In this document: one piece after another, positions 35,301-47,934 of the stretch | How the letters are laid out: each line of letters begins with the position of its first letter | How positions within the stretch are numbered: the first letter of the stretch is position 1 | From: Macrostomum lignano | Taxonomy: Eukaryota | NCBI GenBank assembly: GCA_002269645.1 | Contig: NIVC01001027.1 | Location: forward strand, 1 to 64,000 | Length of the DNA stretch: 64,000 bases | Direction: 5' to 3' | Notes under the pieces: model-generated | Databases searched by the model: none | Seen by the model: the letters and a program-made list of their open reading frames with translations, nothing else | Told to the model about the DNA's origin: nothing | Made by a program: the position numbers and the translations under genes

Positions 35301-37698
35301 TTCTACAGGGTCAATTAATAATTTGAAATACCTTATATTCACTGATTCAACTATGCTAATTGAATGCTATTTTAATACTAGCTAAATGATTATACACACA
35401 TAAATAGATATAGCAATAGCAATAACAATAGAGACGCACAGTCAAGGTCAAACTCCAAGCTTTAAGGAATAAATTTTCCAGGAATCTTCTCTCAAAGCAA
35501 TTTCTAGGAATCTTCTCCCAAAGCAATTTCCAGTAATCTTCTCCCGAAGCAATTTCTAGGAATCTTCTCCCGAAGCAATTTCCAGTAATCTTCTCCCGAA
35601 GCAATTTCTAGGAATCTTCTCCCGAAGCAATTTCTAGGAATCTTCTCCCGAAGCAATTTCCAGGAATCTTCTCCCGAAGCAATTTCTAGGAATCTTCTCC
35701 CGATAGATCTTCTCTCTCATCTAGGAATCTTCTCTCACATAAATAGATATAGCAATAGCAATAGCAATAGAGACGCACAGTCAAGGTCAAACTCCAAGCT
35801 TTAAGGAATAAATTTTCCAGGAATCTTCTCTCAAAGCAATTTCTTGGAATCTTCTCTCAAAGCAATTTCTTGGAATCTTCTCTCAAAGCAATTTCTTGGA
35901 ATCTTCTCTCAAAGCAATTTCTTGGAATCTTCTCTCAAAGCAATTTCTTGGAATCTTCTCTCAAAGCAATTTCTTGGAATCTTCTTTCAAAGCTATTTCC
36001 AGGAATCTTCTTTCAAAGCAATTTCCAGGAATCCTCTCTCAAACGCAAGTTGTTACAACAGTCACCTGAGAAAAATTTCGACTTTTACGAGTGTAGCATC
36101 CTCAATAGTGAAATAAAGATTAAAAAATCACCTGTTGACAGTATCATTCGGCAATATATTAGACCGAATTCCTGCCGTGATGCAGCGGCCATAAACAGGC
36201 TCCATACGACTAATTGGCGTGTCGGGACAGGGGCCGGTGAACTTGTTCTGATGCGTGGCATTTGCCGATAGCAGAGGGAAATCGTAGCTGCAATAGTTGA
36301 TCTTATCGCGTAGAAATACCTGTAATGTGCGGAAAAAGACCGTCGCATAGTGTACAGGTGCATTACGTGATCCTAGCAGTGACTTACAAAATCAAAACTA
36401 AAGAAATGGGTAAACAGGCGATTCTAGGAAGCATGGAGCGATTCCAAGAAGTTATACAGATGTGATTCTAAGAATGATCTAAGAACGATTCTAAGAATGA
36501 TCTAAGGATGATTCTAAGAATGATCTAAGGACGATTCTAAGAATGATCTAAGAACGATTCTAAGAATGGTCTAAGGACGATTCTAAGAATGATCTAAGGA
36601 CGATTCTAAGAATGATCTAAGAACGATTCTAAGAATGGTCTAAGGACGATTCTAAGAATGATCTAAGGACGATTTTAAGAATGATCTAAGGACGATTCTA
36701 AGAATGATCTAAGGACGATTCTAAGAATGATCTAGGGACGAATCTAGAATGATCTAAGGACGAGTCTAAGAATGATCTAGGGACGAATCTAAGAATGATC
36801 TAAGGAAGATTCTAAGAATGATCTAGGAACGTTTTTAAGAATGATCTAGGGACGATTCTAAGGATAATCTAGAGACGATTCTAGGCATGAACTAAAAGGA
36901 TTCTCAGAATGCTCTAGGTATTCTTATAAGAATGATCTAATCTAGGGAGTATTTTATGAACGATCTAGGTACAATTCTAAGGATTATCTTGAGACGATTT
37001 TAAAAATCATCTAGAGACGATTCTAAGAATAACCTAGAGACGATTTTAAAAATGATCTAGAGACGATTCTAAGAATGATCTAGAGATTATTTTAAGAATT
37101 TTTTGGGACATAGATACAATTTTAGGAATAATCTAGGGACAATTCTAAGAATTTAGGACGATTCTAATAGTTATCTAGACACATCGAAGATCTATAGACA
37201 GTGAGAGTAAGAATGATCAATGGCCTAAGGCTAGTTAATAGCGACTTAAAATACAATAAAGTAATAAAGCGCACTAACACGCACCTGTTTCAACTCTTCC
37301 AAACTGTCTATGGGCCTATTAGGACACTGGCTGACGCACACGGACAGTGTGTTGGTGGCAAACAAGTCGCTGAAATGAAACAGATACGGCTCAGCGCGAG
37401 TGTCCCGACCGCTCAGGGGCACCCCTGGCACGCGGATATTCCTATCGCTGCCGCACGTGTTGCCATAGCAATCGAACGGGCTAAATATGCGTTGCAAATC
37501 GCCCATGCTGAAGGCGAACCCGGCGATAACTAGCAGGCCGCATAGGAAGGCGCCGAACACCAGGCACCAGGGCCAGTCGGCACAGGCTGTTTGACGCCGG
37601 CGCCGCCGATCCAGAGGATTGCGCGACTCGTTCGGGTTGCCGGCCTCGCGATCTAGTTGGGCCCGTTCGCTGGAGCAGCCGCCGCAGGCGAGGCCCAT
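29324..37698 (-). CDS. SLC44A1: Choline transporter-like protein (SLC44/CTL family, CTL1-like), 8 exons
   Basis: Exons 37698-37285, 36319-36132, 34850-34578, 34135-33588, 31595-31261, 30610-30509, 30403-30308, 29737-29324, all GT-AG and phase-consistent. Motifs CADWPW..FDCYGNTCG, LSVCVSQCP, GTVAIGSLVI, AHCFLSVFEFVIDAIFICF and NDGSPGRE (typical of SLC44A1). Orthology to SLC44A1 specifically is inferred from motifs. Confidence 0.9.
29870..30215. repeat. Degenerate ~23-bp repeat (TTAGGGTGAGATTGGTGAGATTC-like)
   Basis: CTL intron 7; contains TTAGGG in many units. Confidence 0.85.
30655..31250. repeat. ~18/19-bp alternating C-rich minisatellite (ATCCCACAGGCTTCCAAA / ATCCCACAGACCTCCCAA)
   Basis: CTL intron 5; starts at the donor. 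Confidence 0.93.
31690..33550. repeat. 26-bp minisatellite (ATCAGCTGATATGGGGATCAGAGGCG)n, ~70 copies
   Basis: CTL intron 4. Confidence 0.97.
34197..34520. repeat. ~28-bp minisatellite (GGCCCAGCAACTGGGGATCTGGGAGGCT)n
   Basis: CTL intron 3. Confidence 0.95.
34900..35310. repeat. ~48-bp tandem repeat (GCTGGCTATGATGGAGATCAGGATTCTGGGCGTTTTGGGATTTCTACA-like)
   Basis: CTL intron 2; the 16-aa repeat in the ORF track implies a ~48-bp period. Confidence 0.92.
35478..36045. repeat. ~26-bp minisatellite (AGCAATTTCTAGGAATCTTCTCCCGA-like) in two blocks separated by a duplicated ~100-bp unique spacer
   Basis: CTL intron 2; spacer copies at ~35399-35500 and ~35737-35840. Confidence 0.92.
36460..37180. repeat. 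23-bp minisatellite (CTAAGAATGATCTAAGGACGATT)n, decaying rightward
   Basis: CTL intron 1. Confidence 0.92.
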
Positions 37699-37837
37699 AG
37701 TAGCGAATAATAATAATAATAATAACTACCCTTCAAAGCTTTGTTACTCAGCTAGCTGCAAATCTTTGGTCTGGTGCAACTCCCTGAAATAACAGAATGT
37801 GTGACTAAATTGCAAATTCAACAAGGACAAGCGACAA

Positions 37838-38059
37838 GGAGTGTACAGCGGCCCTAACTTTACTTATCGTTAGGCATGTACACTTCACTGTGCCTCTTGA
37901 CGGGGGGGGTTGGTCCTCAAGGGCGTTAATTGCGCGAGCAGAGCCAAGCCGATATTCCAATTTAGCCCCAAATTAATGTAACTAACTACACTTGGAATCA
38001 AGCCTGGGCCACTGCCAGTACATAAGAGTATCACACTAGTTCATTAGGCTGCAGCCCTC
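37838..38059 (-). mobile_element. SINE family B, 3'-truncated, head heavily C-to-T mutated
   Basis: Co-linear with 23222-23576 (AATTTGGGGCT.AATTGGAAT.TCGGCTTGGCTC, GTGAAGTGTACATGCCTAAC, AGGGCCGCTGTACACTCC). Confidence 0.85.
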
Positions 38060-40192
38060 CAAGAGTTTGTTAGTGCCAGGGTCTAGAATTAAGGTTATAA
38101 GGTTAGGGTTGATAGCCTAGCTAGTGTTTATAATGACTACAGAATAGTTAGTGTTTCTGGTTACAAAAAATGTAATGGGCAAGCAAATCTAGCATCCTTT
38201 AGACTTCTACCTTAGCTATAGACATTACTATGGAAAGTTACATATATAGGTTTTTTTACATTCCTTGTCATGCCATTTTGTTTACCAATAAGTATTAGAA
38301 CAACTACAATATGTTATTTGGAAAAATATAAAAAGTGGAGTGTCTATGCTTTGTCTAGGCATAAAATTATCTTCATTGAATTGAATATACCAAAATTAAA
38401 ATCTTGTACAGTTGCTTACAATTGTTATTTACTAACATTGAAATGATTTATTAATGTGCTAATATGCCAATAAGTATAAAAATTTAGTGCATATGTTTTT
38501 AGATATAAATTAAACTTTGTGTTAGTCTTCATGAATAATTTAATTTTTTTCCCATAAAAATGGTTGTAATATAGCCTAATACAGCCTACATATATTGCAT
38601 AATGTAGTTGTTTTTATGCTAGGCTTACCCTTACCTTAAAACTGTTTGCAGGGTGCTTTAATTCTATATTTCTTTGATTAATAATACTTTTGAATGTGTG
38701 CCAAAAAAACTAAGAAAAACTATTTGTTATACTGTATATATTTTCTATAATATTTTTGTAAATATAATTTTTTTTAAATCTACACAAATTTAGTATAAAT
38801 AGAAGCATTTTTGGCAGAGGAGAGAATAACCTCGTGCATCATGGTTCAATAAAAAAGAATTTACCAACAAATAATAAGAGTTCCAAGTAAATGTTATTAA
38901 AGATTGTTTTTGGAGTTGATTTTCTTTCTAAAATGAAGTGAAGTAGATGGAAGTATATGCAGTATATACTACTGAGAAGCAGAAGTAGTGTTAGAAGACA
39001 AAGTAGATCCATATCTGTTTCAATCCATTTCAATGTGTTTTTATGCTTGAGGGCAAAAGCAGTTTATTTTTCTATCCATTTCCTTATGCTTTCAGGACAA
39101 AAGCAATGTTAATTTTTCAACTTTCTGCTCCTTATGCTTTTGGGACAAAAGCAATGTTTCAATCTCTAGCTATTCTGTTTCCTTATACTTGAGAGAGAAA
39201 AGAAGTTGTAAAATTTGTGCTCATGCTTATCCAACATGACCCGAACCTTTGCACTCTAATATTTAGCCTTAGGCTTGATGGTAAAAGCCTGTACCAATGC
39301 AACATTGATTATCTGCATGCAACACATTATTAAATTGCTTAATTGCATTTCATTAACTTGCAGGACACCTTTTATTTGTAAACCTTTCAGCCTTGCTTAT
39401 GACTGAAGGTATCTTTTAATTTTGTGAACCATTTTGGCTATGGAGCCCCCGCCATTTTGCCCCACTCAGGTCAAGTGCCCTGGTTCTAGGTCTTGTCCTC
39501 AGTGGAGGGCATCTGAGATGAACCGCCCCTATTTTTCCTTTGTTCTGATTCTGTCAAGCCTGAGAAATTTTGTTAGGGCCCCTCCCTACTTTGGCTCAGT
39601 TTCCCAGTGTTTTTGCATGCCTCTGTTGGTGTAACTCCTTATGGAGATCTAAGTTTAACCTGGTCACCTTGCCTGCGTCTATTTGCTATCCTAGCTTTTA
39701 ATGAAAAGGAGCTACATTTGCCTCTTACTATTATTCTTAATTTTTTCTAAACTACTGTTTACGCGATTGTTCAGCCCCGCCTTTTCTAATTGCCAACCTG
39801 TTTATGTGAGCCGTGTAAGGTGCCCCATTCATTCATTTTGATCTTGGACCCCTGCTATGTAGTTATCTGTTTTATGACTCCTTGATTCATGCGCCCACCC
39901 CATCTCCGTGTGTGCCACCTTATAGTGCACAAGGGGTGATGGCCCTTTTCAGCAGTTAAATTTTATTTCCCTTGGTTGGCTTTTAATTCCACCAAATGGA
40001 TATTTTTTGTGTCATATAAGAGCCAATTTTCATTCCATTATGTTCAAGCTCTGAATTGACCTGAGTTGTTAAAAGTTTTGCTTGCGAATCACTATTTATC
40101 TACAACTATGGATTACAATGACCCTATGCTGGGTGGCGAGGAGTCTCCCCTCAGTCGAGAGATCAGAAGAGCTGAAGTGAGCACTAGTTTAG

Positions 40193-42050
40193 TGTTAGGT
40201 GGCCCCTTTTGTCAGCTGTGCCCTGCACCCTTCTGAGCTGTTGGCTGCCACTGGCCGCAGCTCTCCCTCTCTCTCTCTCTCCCTCTCCCGCTCCCTTTCT
40301 CCCTCTCCATTGTCCTTTTGTCTGCCTGTGCTCCCTTTTCTGTCCCCCTTTTTCCAGTTTGTTTGCATTCCCAGTGTTTGAGCTTCTCTACTCAGCCTGT
40401 CTTTGATTCATTGTCTGTCTGGCCTCTCTCCCCCTTTTCTTGTGTGGCTGTGTTTGTTCATTCCGAGTTCAGCGCTCAGGCTATACTCTTGGTCTGGCTT
40501 GTACGATAGCAGATCACGTGCCCTAGGCACTCTGTCCTTTTCTTGTGCTGCCTTATGCAATCTTGTGTATCAGTCTCTAAATAAGGAACAGTGTCCTTGC
40601 CTCTCTGGTGGGGCTCCGCGCTTGTTTCTAAAATAGAACTGAATCATGCCAGGTTGAGGGGCGCAGTGAGAGCGGCCTTGCGCACTCTGGCACAATGGGG
40701 TGTTGCTGAAATTGATCCGCTATCCTATAAGTATGGGCCTCTTGTGCCTTAGTTTGGCAACTGCGTGCTTAACCTCTCCTTTTGCCACCCTTCGTTTATG
40801 AGTCTGGACTAAACATTGCTCTCACTTATAAGGCTCACGCAGCTCACGCTAGCTTTTTGATAACTTAACTTCTGATCCATCCTTGACTGAGTGCCTGAGT
40901 GTGAGCTAAACCCCCGGACAAGCTAACCAGAAACTAGCACAGTTCCTCCTCCCCGCACTTGAGCCCAACAGGACTGCTGACGAGGTATGCACCGGTGCGA
41001 ACTATCAAATCTGCACAGCGTGCTGAGTTCTTGTGTCTCATTTATTTTGCTTAGCCCTGAGTCTCCCTTACCGAAGGACAAGATCCGAGCAAGCTGGTGG
41101 TAGCACTACCTATGCTATTGAAAGCTAAGAGAACTTCCCACTGAAGAGGCTCGAGACTTAAGGTAATCTTAAGTGCCTAAACAGGAAGCAACAACAAACA
41201 TTTCACTAGTGGCAGCGGTGGGATTTTAAGACTTACCAGGCCATTGCTAGATACTTGTAGCATCGAGCAAAGTACAGCAAGTACAACAAAAAGACACTTC
41301 AAAGCTCTTAACTGCACCAACAACTATGACGGAGAGCCCTACAACCAGGCGCTGCTTTTAAATGAGTTTGACCCACATGGCGAAGGCCCCGCTAGCCCTG
41401 CCCACTCTGGTGCCTTCTCCCGAGCTGCCTATGGCCCTGACGCCCACAAGCAGCCCCGGCTTCTGGCTGCATAGGCTTATGGATAGAATCAGTATGGTGC
41501 TAGAGTGGCATTTGACACCACCCTTCCTGCCATAAAACTAGACAAGTGGGTCTAGTCAGCCATCACTAGTGGAAGCAGCAGTTGCCAACACCCAGTCCGA
41601 CCACGCACAGCACCTGGCCGAGCTGCTGCTCTGGGAATATGCCAGGGACTCAACACCTAGCAGATGAGCAACTGCCACCACTAGCGCAACTATACCCTGA
41701 CCTTTGGACAGCTGGCGGTGGCCCAAGCTGTCAGAATCACTGCCAATCTTTTCTGCGAACAACTATAACAATTGGTAGGCAGCCTGCGCTACGGCACATT
41801 CTGTTTGTTAGTTGGCCTGTTTGTCAACCATGTGGCAACACTGGAGTACAGGTTAATGACCACCCTCCTCCAGCTTAGCCACCAGGCCCAAATTGCTAGT
41901 TTGCCCCCAACTGATACCAATGCCCCTGCTCGCTGAGGCCAGTTGGTGACATGGGGCCATCAAACCTAAAGATGACCAGAGACGCTCATCAATTGCTGAC
42001 TGTTCCCCTAGCACCCCCGCACTTGTGGTAGGCCAGTCTACCACTGGAGT
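40193..42050 (+). mobile_element. Putative decayed LTR retroelement remnant: LTR-like block, tRNA-Leu PBS, stop-riddled internal ORF
   Basis: TGGCAGCGGTGGGATT at 41210-41225 is complementary to the eukaryotic tRNA-Leu 3' end (AATCCCACCGCTGCCA). It follows ..AACA(TTTCA); TGTTAGG at 40193 is a candidate LTR start. No second LTR found, so boundaries are uncertain. Confidence 0.5.
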
Positions 42051-43338
42051 TCAACAGCAATTGGCAACTCTGGCGAGATGTCTCCCACGGCTGATAAATT
42101 GACATCATCTAATTCTACCAATGGACCAGACTTAGCTATTTTCTTCCTTTTCTCTTGGTAGATCCATCCATTGTTCTCCTGGCTATACCCTCCCTTGCCC
42201 CATCTTTGTTTTAATATGTTTTTTAACATTTTCAATTGCCAGTTAAATTCTTTTCCCTTGTGTGGCCTACCTGCTGCTCTCTTTGGTATCCCACTCCTGG
42301 GAATTAACCATGTATATGTATATAAAATCTTGCGTGTTTTACTCAGTTTTAACTTTCCTATTGGTACTTATTCTGTACCCCTTCTAATTTCAGTTTAATT
42401 TCCTAATTGCATGTTCTCTTGACCTTTATTTCTTAATACATTACTTTTTGCCCTCGGTACTACCAAATTTATCTTATCATTGCAGCAACAATAATAATTG
42501 ACAATAATATTTATTAGCTTTGCCTAACTTAGTATTTATTCAGTTAACAATAATAACTATTTATGACAACTATTTATTCATCTTATTTATTCATCTTCAT
42601 TCTTAATCAAAGCCCTTAGTTTTCTATTGAGTCATTTGCCTACGGGGCCTAAAACAATCTATTTGTCTCATCTCAAAGAAAGCTATAAGACCCTCAACAA
42701 TCCATAATACAAAATTATGGTAGTGGCAGTGCTACTTTACTACTGATAGTAACAAACTAAGCATATTGACAGACTATGAAATTTATAGTGTCTGAAGACC
42801 CAATTGAATGACTGTGCCATTAAAAGACTGTTTGACTACAAATTGACTACCCTCCCTCTAGACTTGAGGACCTAGCAGACGGAGTATTGAAGGAGAAGAG
42901 TTATGAATCAGTTTATGAAATTTTCTAGCTTTATGAGTACTAAGACATCATAGGTGGCAATTCAAAGTTTAAAACTGCCTCACCTCATTGGTGTCAGCGA
43001 AGCAAACCAATGCCCCATTAATTTATTTTTTTCTTTTCTTATACCCCAATACCTAGTCCTAGACCAGACCTATGCTTAGATAAAATACTTAGACTTATAC
43101 TTTTTTTAGATTATTCAAAGATATAATAAACTTATAATAGAATAATATTATAGGCCCCATTGGTGGTAGATACCAACATTTAGTATATTTAATTAATTAG
43201 GAGAAAAGCAAAGCCATATCACAACTTTGGTAGTATTTTGTAAGATCCAATTAGACAGAGGAATACCACTAGCAAAATTGTATTGAATTGGCTTTAGCTA
43301 TACTGATAAAAGACTATATCCAAAAATAGGCCCTAGGC

Positions 43339-44490
43339 TAGGGGTTCCGATGAGGTTTGTGAAATATGTCCCAAAACACAAAAAACGTGAAAATGTGTCC
43401 TACGTAGAATGAAGAAAAAAGGTACTAAATTACGAAATAAAGACAAACTGTAATATACAACAGAAACTAGACAAATTATACTTTCCAAAATGTGTTGAAC
43501 CTTCTTATAGTATGACATAAGAAAAAAGTTATATGTGTCGAAAGTTGCCACAAAAAGCGTCACAAATACGAAATGAAGCCAATCGTAAAAATGAGGGTTC
43601 TTACGGCCAATTGAAATATCACCTTAAAGCGTGCTAGGAATAACAAATTAAATGAAAGGAATGAATAAAGGATATAGTAAAACACAAATTTTGCAATAAA
43701 AAAATGAAAAAAAAATTTCTAAGGCCCCTCTACTGTCAGTTGAAAATTTTCAACACGTTTTTCTTTGTGTCGTCATGAAAGGCCACATTTTAAACAATTC
43801 AATTTGATATGCGGGTAACCTTTGCTCCATTTTGCCAAAAAGAGGCATCTCGAATGACTTGCCGCAAGGCAGCTGAGCCTCTGTTCCTTTATACATGTAA
43901 ACTGCCATTAAGAAGACAATAAAGTTGATGTCTGTCTTCACAGATGCAAAGACGAGGAAATTAAACATGTTTAATATACAGATTTCCATGCTGAATGACA
44001 TGGTATAAGTCCCATTGCATGAAACATGAAAGTTTGCCGCAAGGTCAATATTTAAGTTAACCTGCCAAAAAATGTGCATTTACTTGTAGTAGATAAATGG
44101 TAAATTTGCAGATTTTTTTTTCATTTTTTCATTTTTCTGTTTTCGTTTTTTTTTTGTTTTTTTGTTTTTGGACTCTAATAGGGCCACAAAAAATATAAAA
44201 AATGCAAAAAAATGACACCAAATATATTAAAATTGGATAAGGGACAAAAAAAGTTATAAATAAAAGTATATGAAAAATTGTACTTTTTGCACAAAAAAGG
44301 TCACAGGCCGTAATGCAAAAATGCCATAAGGAATTACAAAATTTTCTACAACTAAAATGCTATAACTTTTTTTATTTCTTGACAGAAATTAACAAGTGAG
44401 GCCATTTTGGATTTTGGTTGCAGAGATCTACTTAGCTGCCTAAAAATATCCAAGAATAAAAAATGTTTCAAAACCTCACTGGAACCCCTA
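43339..44490. mobile_element. Non-autonomous TIR DNA transposon, ~30-bp TIRs, 7-bp TSD
   Basis: TAGGGGTTCCGATGAGGTTT.. / ..AAACCTCACTGGAACCCCTA, flanked by CCTAGGC at 43332-43338 and 44491-44497. Confidence 0.8.
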
Positions 44491-45444
44491 CCTAGGCCTA
44501 CTAAGTCTACTTTGAATAACTTAAAGGCTTAACAATATGACATCAATAGGCCTAAGTAGGCCTAATTAAGCCTATGTAGGCCAAATATTATATTAAAACT
44601 TGATACTAAGAAAAAGCTCAAAATTCAAATGACAAATGGTCAAATAATTTTTGTAAAACCTAATTAACTAGGCCTATACCCATTAGACATGCTAGACAAG
44701 TAAGACAACAGCTTCCTAATCCTAGGCCTAGCCTTGTAGATATTCAATACATAGAAACTACTTGCATAGGCATAGGCCTATGTGCTAATAGGAACATTTC
44801 AAAAAGTGGGGAGGGCAGGTTCAAGGTTTAATGGCAGATTTAGGAGGGAGAGGCATATAGCCTATAGGGTGCACACCCCTTGTTGAATATGATATTTTTT
44901 TATTTATAGAAAATGCACATTATCATCTACCAATTATTTTTAGCATTGGTCAGCACTCATTTTAGCACTAGACTAGGCATATAGGCTGTATAAGCACTCA
45001 TTTTAGTACCACAGGCCCTATTTTAGTACCACAGGCACTCATTTTAGTGCCACAGGTGCTATGTTTTGTCGCCCTGCAGCAAAATGCATTCATGCAAAGC
45101 AGCAAAAAATAAGAGTAAAAAATAAGCTGAAAGTCTACATTTAGCATTTAATTTGTGGAGGGGTCAGATACAGGGTTTTTTTTTTGTGCGCAGAGTGTGC
45201 GTATGCACCCTAAATTTTAAAATCGCACCCTGAAATTAAAAAAGTAGGTGCGGTTTAGGTGCGGTCTTATAACCATTTTTCTTTAAAGGCTTAACCATGC
45301 TTAAGCTATTTTTTATGCACTGCCTTAAAATATGAAACAAAATAACTCTTTAAATCCTATTAAGTCATATAGGCGATATAGCCTATAGCTATAGCCTTAT
45401 GTAAGATATTAAAATATACATTCCCAGTTGTCTGAAATGTGAGC

Positions 45445-47934
45445 AATGTGAGGGTTTCACGAGAGATATTCAGACAAAGGCTCCCTAAAACACGCCCCGC
45501 ACCGGGCCCCGAACTGCTACACATTATAACATTTTTTGTCAATGCAGTATTTGATTGCAAGGAAAAGTTAAAATAGTAATGAAACAAATATCTTTATTTA
45601 TTTTTTTAAATATTATTATTTTTTATATTCTCGTTTTCATTATTAAATTATAATATTATTATTTTATTAATATTATTATTAATATCACTTTTTGTTCACC
45701 AAATTTTATATTTCAAAGTAAAAAAAACTAAATTTAATAAAAACTTGAAGCTTAACAGAAAACGCATTCTGAAGTGTCTTTAGTTATAGTCCAATTTGTT
45801 TTAATGTGTAGCGCTGCAGGGCGGTGCGGGGCGTGTTTTAGGGAGACCCATTCAGACAGACATTCAAAATGATTGTCTGTAACTTCAAACAAAATTGACC
45901 CGCTTCAACCATCTTTTTGGCAAATACTTACGCAAGTGTTGGGCGTCAAATAAGCTTTAATTTATTAACTGAAGTAAAAATCCTTCTGACATACATTGAT
46001 TTAAAAATTGCTTAGCAACACTAGCTCTGATTAGAAATCGCTTTACTGTTGACTAAAATTGTTTTGATCGTAGCAGCCTAAAAGCAGATACTGGATTTAA
46101 AAATGCTTCGATTTACTCTATACGCATGTCTCAGCTTTAAAATGACACCTCAGGCGTCGCAAAAGACAGCTTTGATGCTGAGATATTCGACACTAAACAT
46201 GCATTGCTTTGCGCAATCTCACATTCAGAAATTTCACTGATTTTTTGTCGATATTTGTGCAGTTGCCATGTCCTTGTTTTTCATCAGAATCTTGTCAAAT
46301 TCTAGTCATGTCTATACGCATGTCTCAGCTTTAAAATGACACCTCAGGCATTGCAAAAGACAGCTTTGATGCTGAGATATTCGACACTAAACATTGCTTT
46401 GCTCAAACTCACATTCGGAAACTTCACTGATTTTTATTCAATATTTGTTCAGATGCTTGTCTACTTCTCCATTTATTAACCATCGCATGGAGCCTTGCTA
46501 ACGTACAAGTGTATGTAGTTACAGTAAATGGGGTTTTTGTGACTCACTTAAACTTGTTTACGCATTCTACAGCTATTCGCCGCCTTTCATTGGAGTGATT
46601 CATGGAGTCCAGTTGATAAATTTCCACAAATTGGACTGCTTCTACGTCAGATCTCAACATTTGGAACCGTCCTTGAACTATTTCAGAGTTAAGTGAGCTA
46701 ATGGCATCAAATGGAAGGCTAGTGCTCGTACTTGTAAGCGAAGCAGGTTCACAATTGAAATGGTTGTATTCATGGCCATGGGATCTAAACTGATCTGTTT
46801 TACTTTCACGATCGCTTTGGTCTCAGAAGGAGCAGCAGTTGATGGACTGAGGTGAGAAGAAGATGTGTCACGACTTGAGCTGTTTTTTAGAAAATATCTT
46901 TATCCAATTAAATTTTTTCATGCGGCTCCTTAGGTTGTTCCGAATTCCGAGTCTAGAAGTCAAGACAGAAAAAAAGTTAAGAACTGCTACTGTAGTCCGT
47001 AGGGATTGGAAAGCTTAGCAGTACATTAGAAATCGCCTGTTCAATCTAAAAAGTTTGAAGTACATATAGCTATTGGGTTGCAACAACAGTAGAAAAAATT
47101 CTTCCTTTTTATTTTATTCCCACCGCTTACCTCATTCCGATTTGGATAGCAGAATTGCCGCGCAAAAAAAGTAAAAACATAACAATAAACTATTTGCTTC
47201 ATATTAATTGCCACTGACTGTTAATAAACGCAACGTCAATTTCTCTCAATAACAGTTGGAACATGTTTCTTGTACACTCGTATATTTATTTGAACCGCAA
47301 AGCGGTGAAAAAGTCATGATTGGTTTCCAAATGTACAAATGTACACTCACAGACTCACTGACTCAGGTACAATCTATGCAATATAAAGGCAGGAATCATT
47401 AAAAATCAAATACTTAAGACAGTTTAAGAGAAGTCCAGGTTTAAACTGGACATGACTAGAATTTGACAAGTTTCTGATGAAAAACAAGGACACGGCAACT
47501 GCACAAATATCGACAAAAAATCAGTGAAATTTCTGAATGTGAGATTGCGCAAAGCAATGCATGTTTAGTGTCGAATATCTCAGCATCAAAGCTGTCTTTT
47601 GCGACGCCTGAGGTGTCATTTTAAAGCTGAGACATGCGTATAGAGTAAATCGAAGCATTTTTAAATCCAGTATCTGCTTTTAGGCTGCTACGATCAAAAC
47701 AATTTTAGTCAACAGTAAAGCGATTTCTAATCAGAGCTAGTGTTGCTAAGCAATTTTTAAATCAATGTATGTCAGAAGGATTTTTACTTCAGTTAATAAA
47801 TTAGAGCTTATTTGACGCCCAACACTTGCGTAAGTATTTGCCAAAAAGATGGTTGAAGCGGGTCAATTTTGTTTAAAGTTACAGACGATCGTTTCGAATG
47901 TCTGTCTGAATATCTCTCGTGAAACCCTCACATT
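45445..47934. mobile_element. Foldback-type element with ~486-bp inverted arms (nest level 3)
   Basis: Left arm 45445-45476 + 45859-46312 is the near-perfect reverse complement of 47449-47934. An extra partial arm copy lies at ~46312-46450. No TSD found. Confidence 0.88.
45477..45849. mobile_element. MULE-type MITE inserted in the left foldback arm (nest level 4)
   Basis: 9-bp TSD ATTCAGACA (45468-45476, 45850-45858); TIR core CTCCCTAAAACACGCCCCGCACC / GGTGCGGGGCGTGTTTTAGGGAG; AT-rich interior. Confidence 0.88.

Noticed and set aside
43750-44079. 109-aa ORF as transposase of the 43339-44490 element
   Set aside because: No DDE or DNA-binding motif recognised; AT-rich chance ORF.
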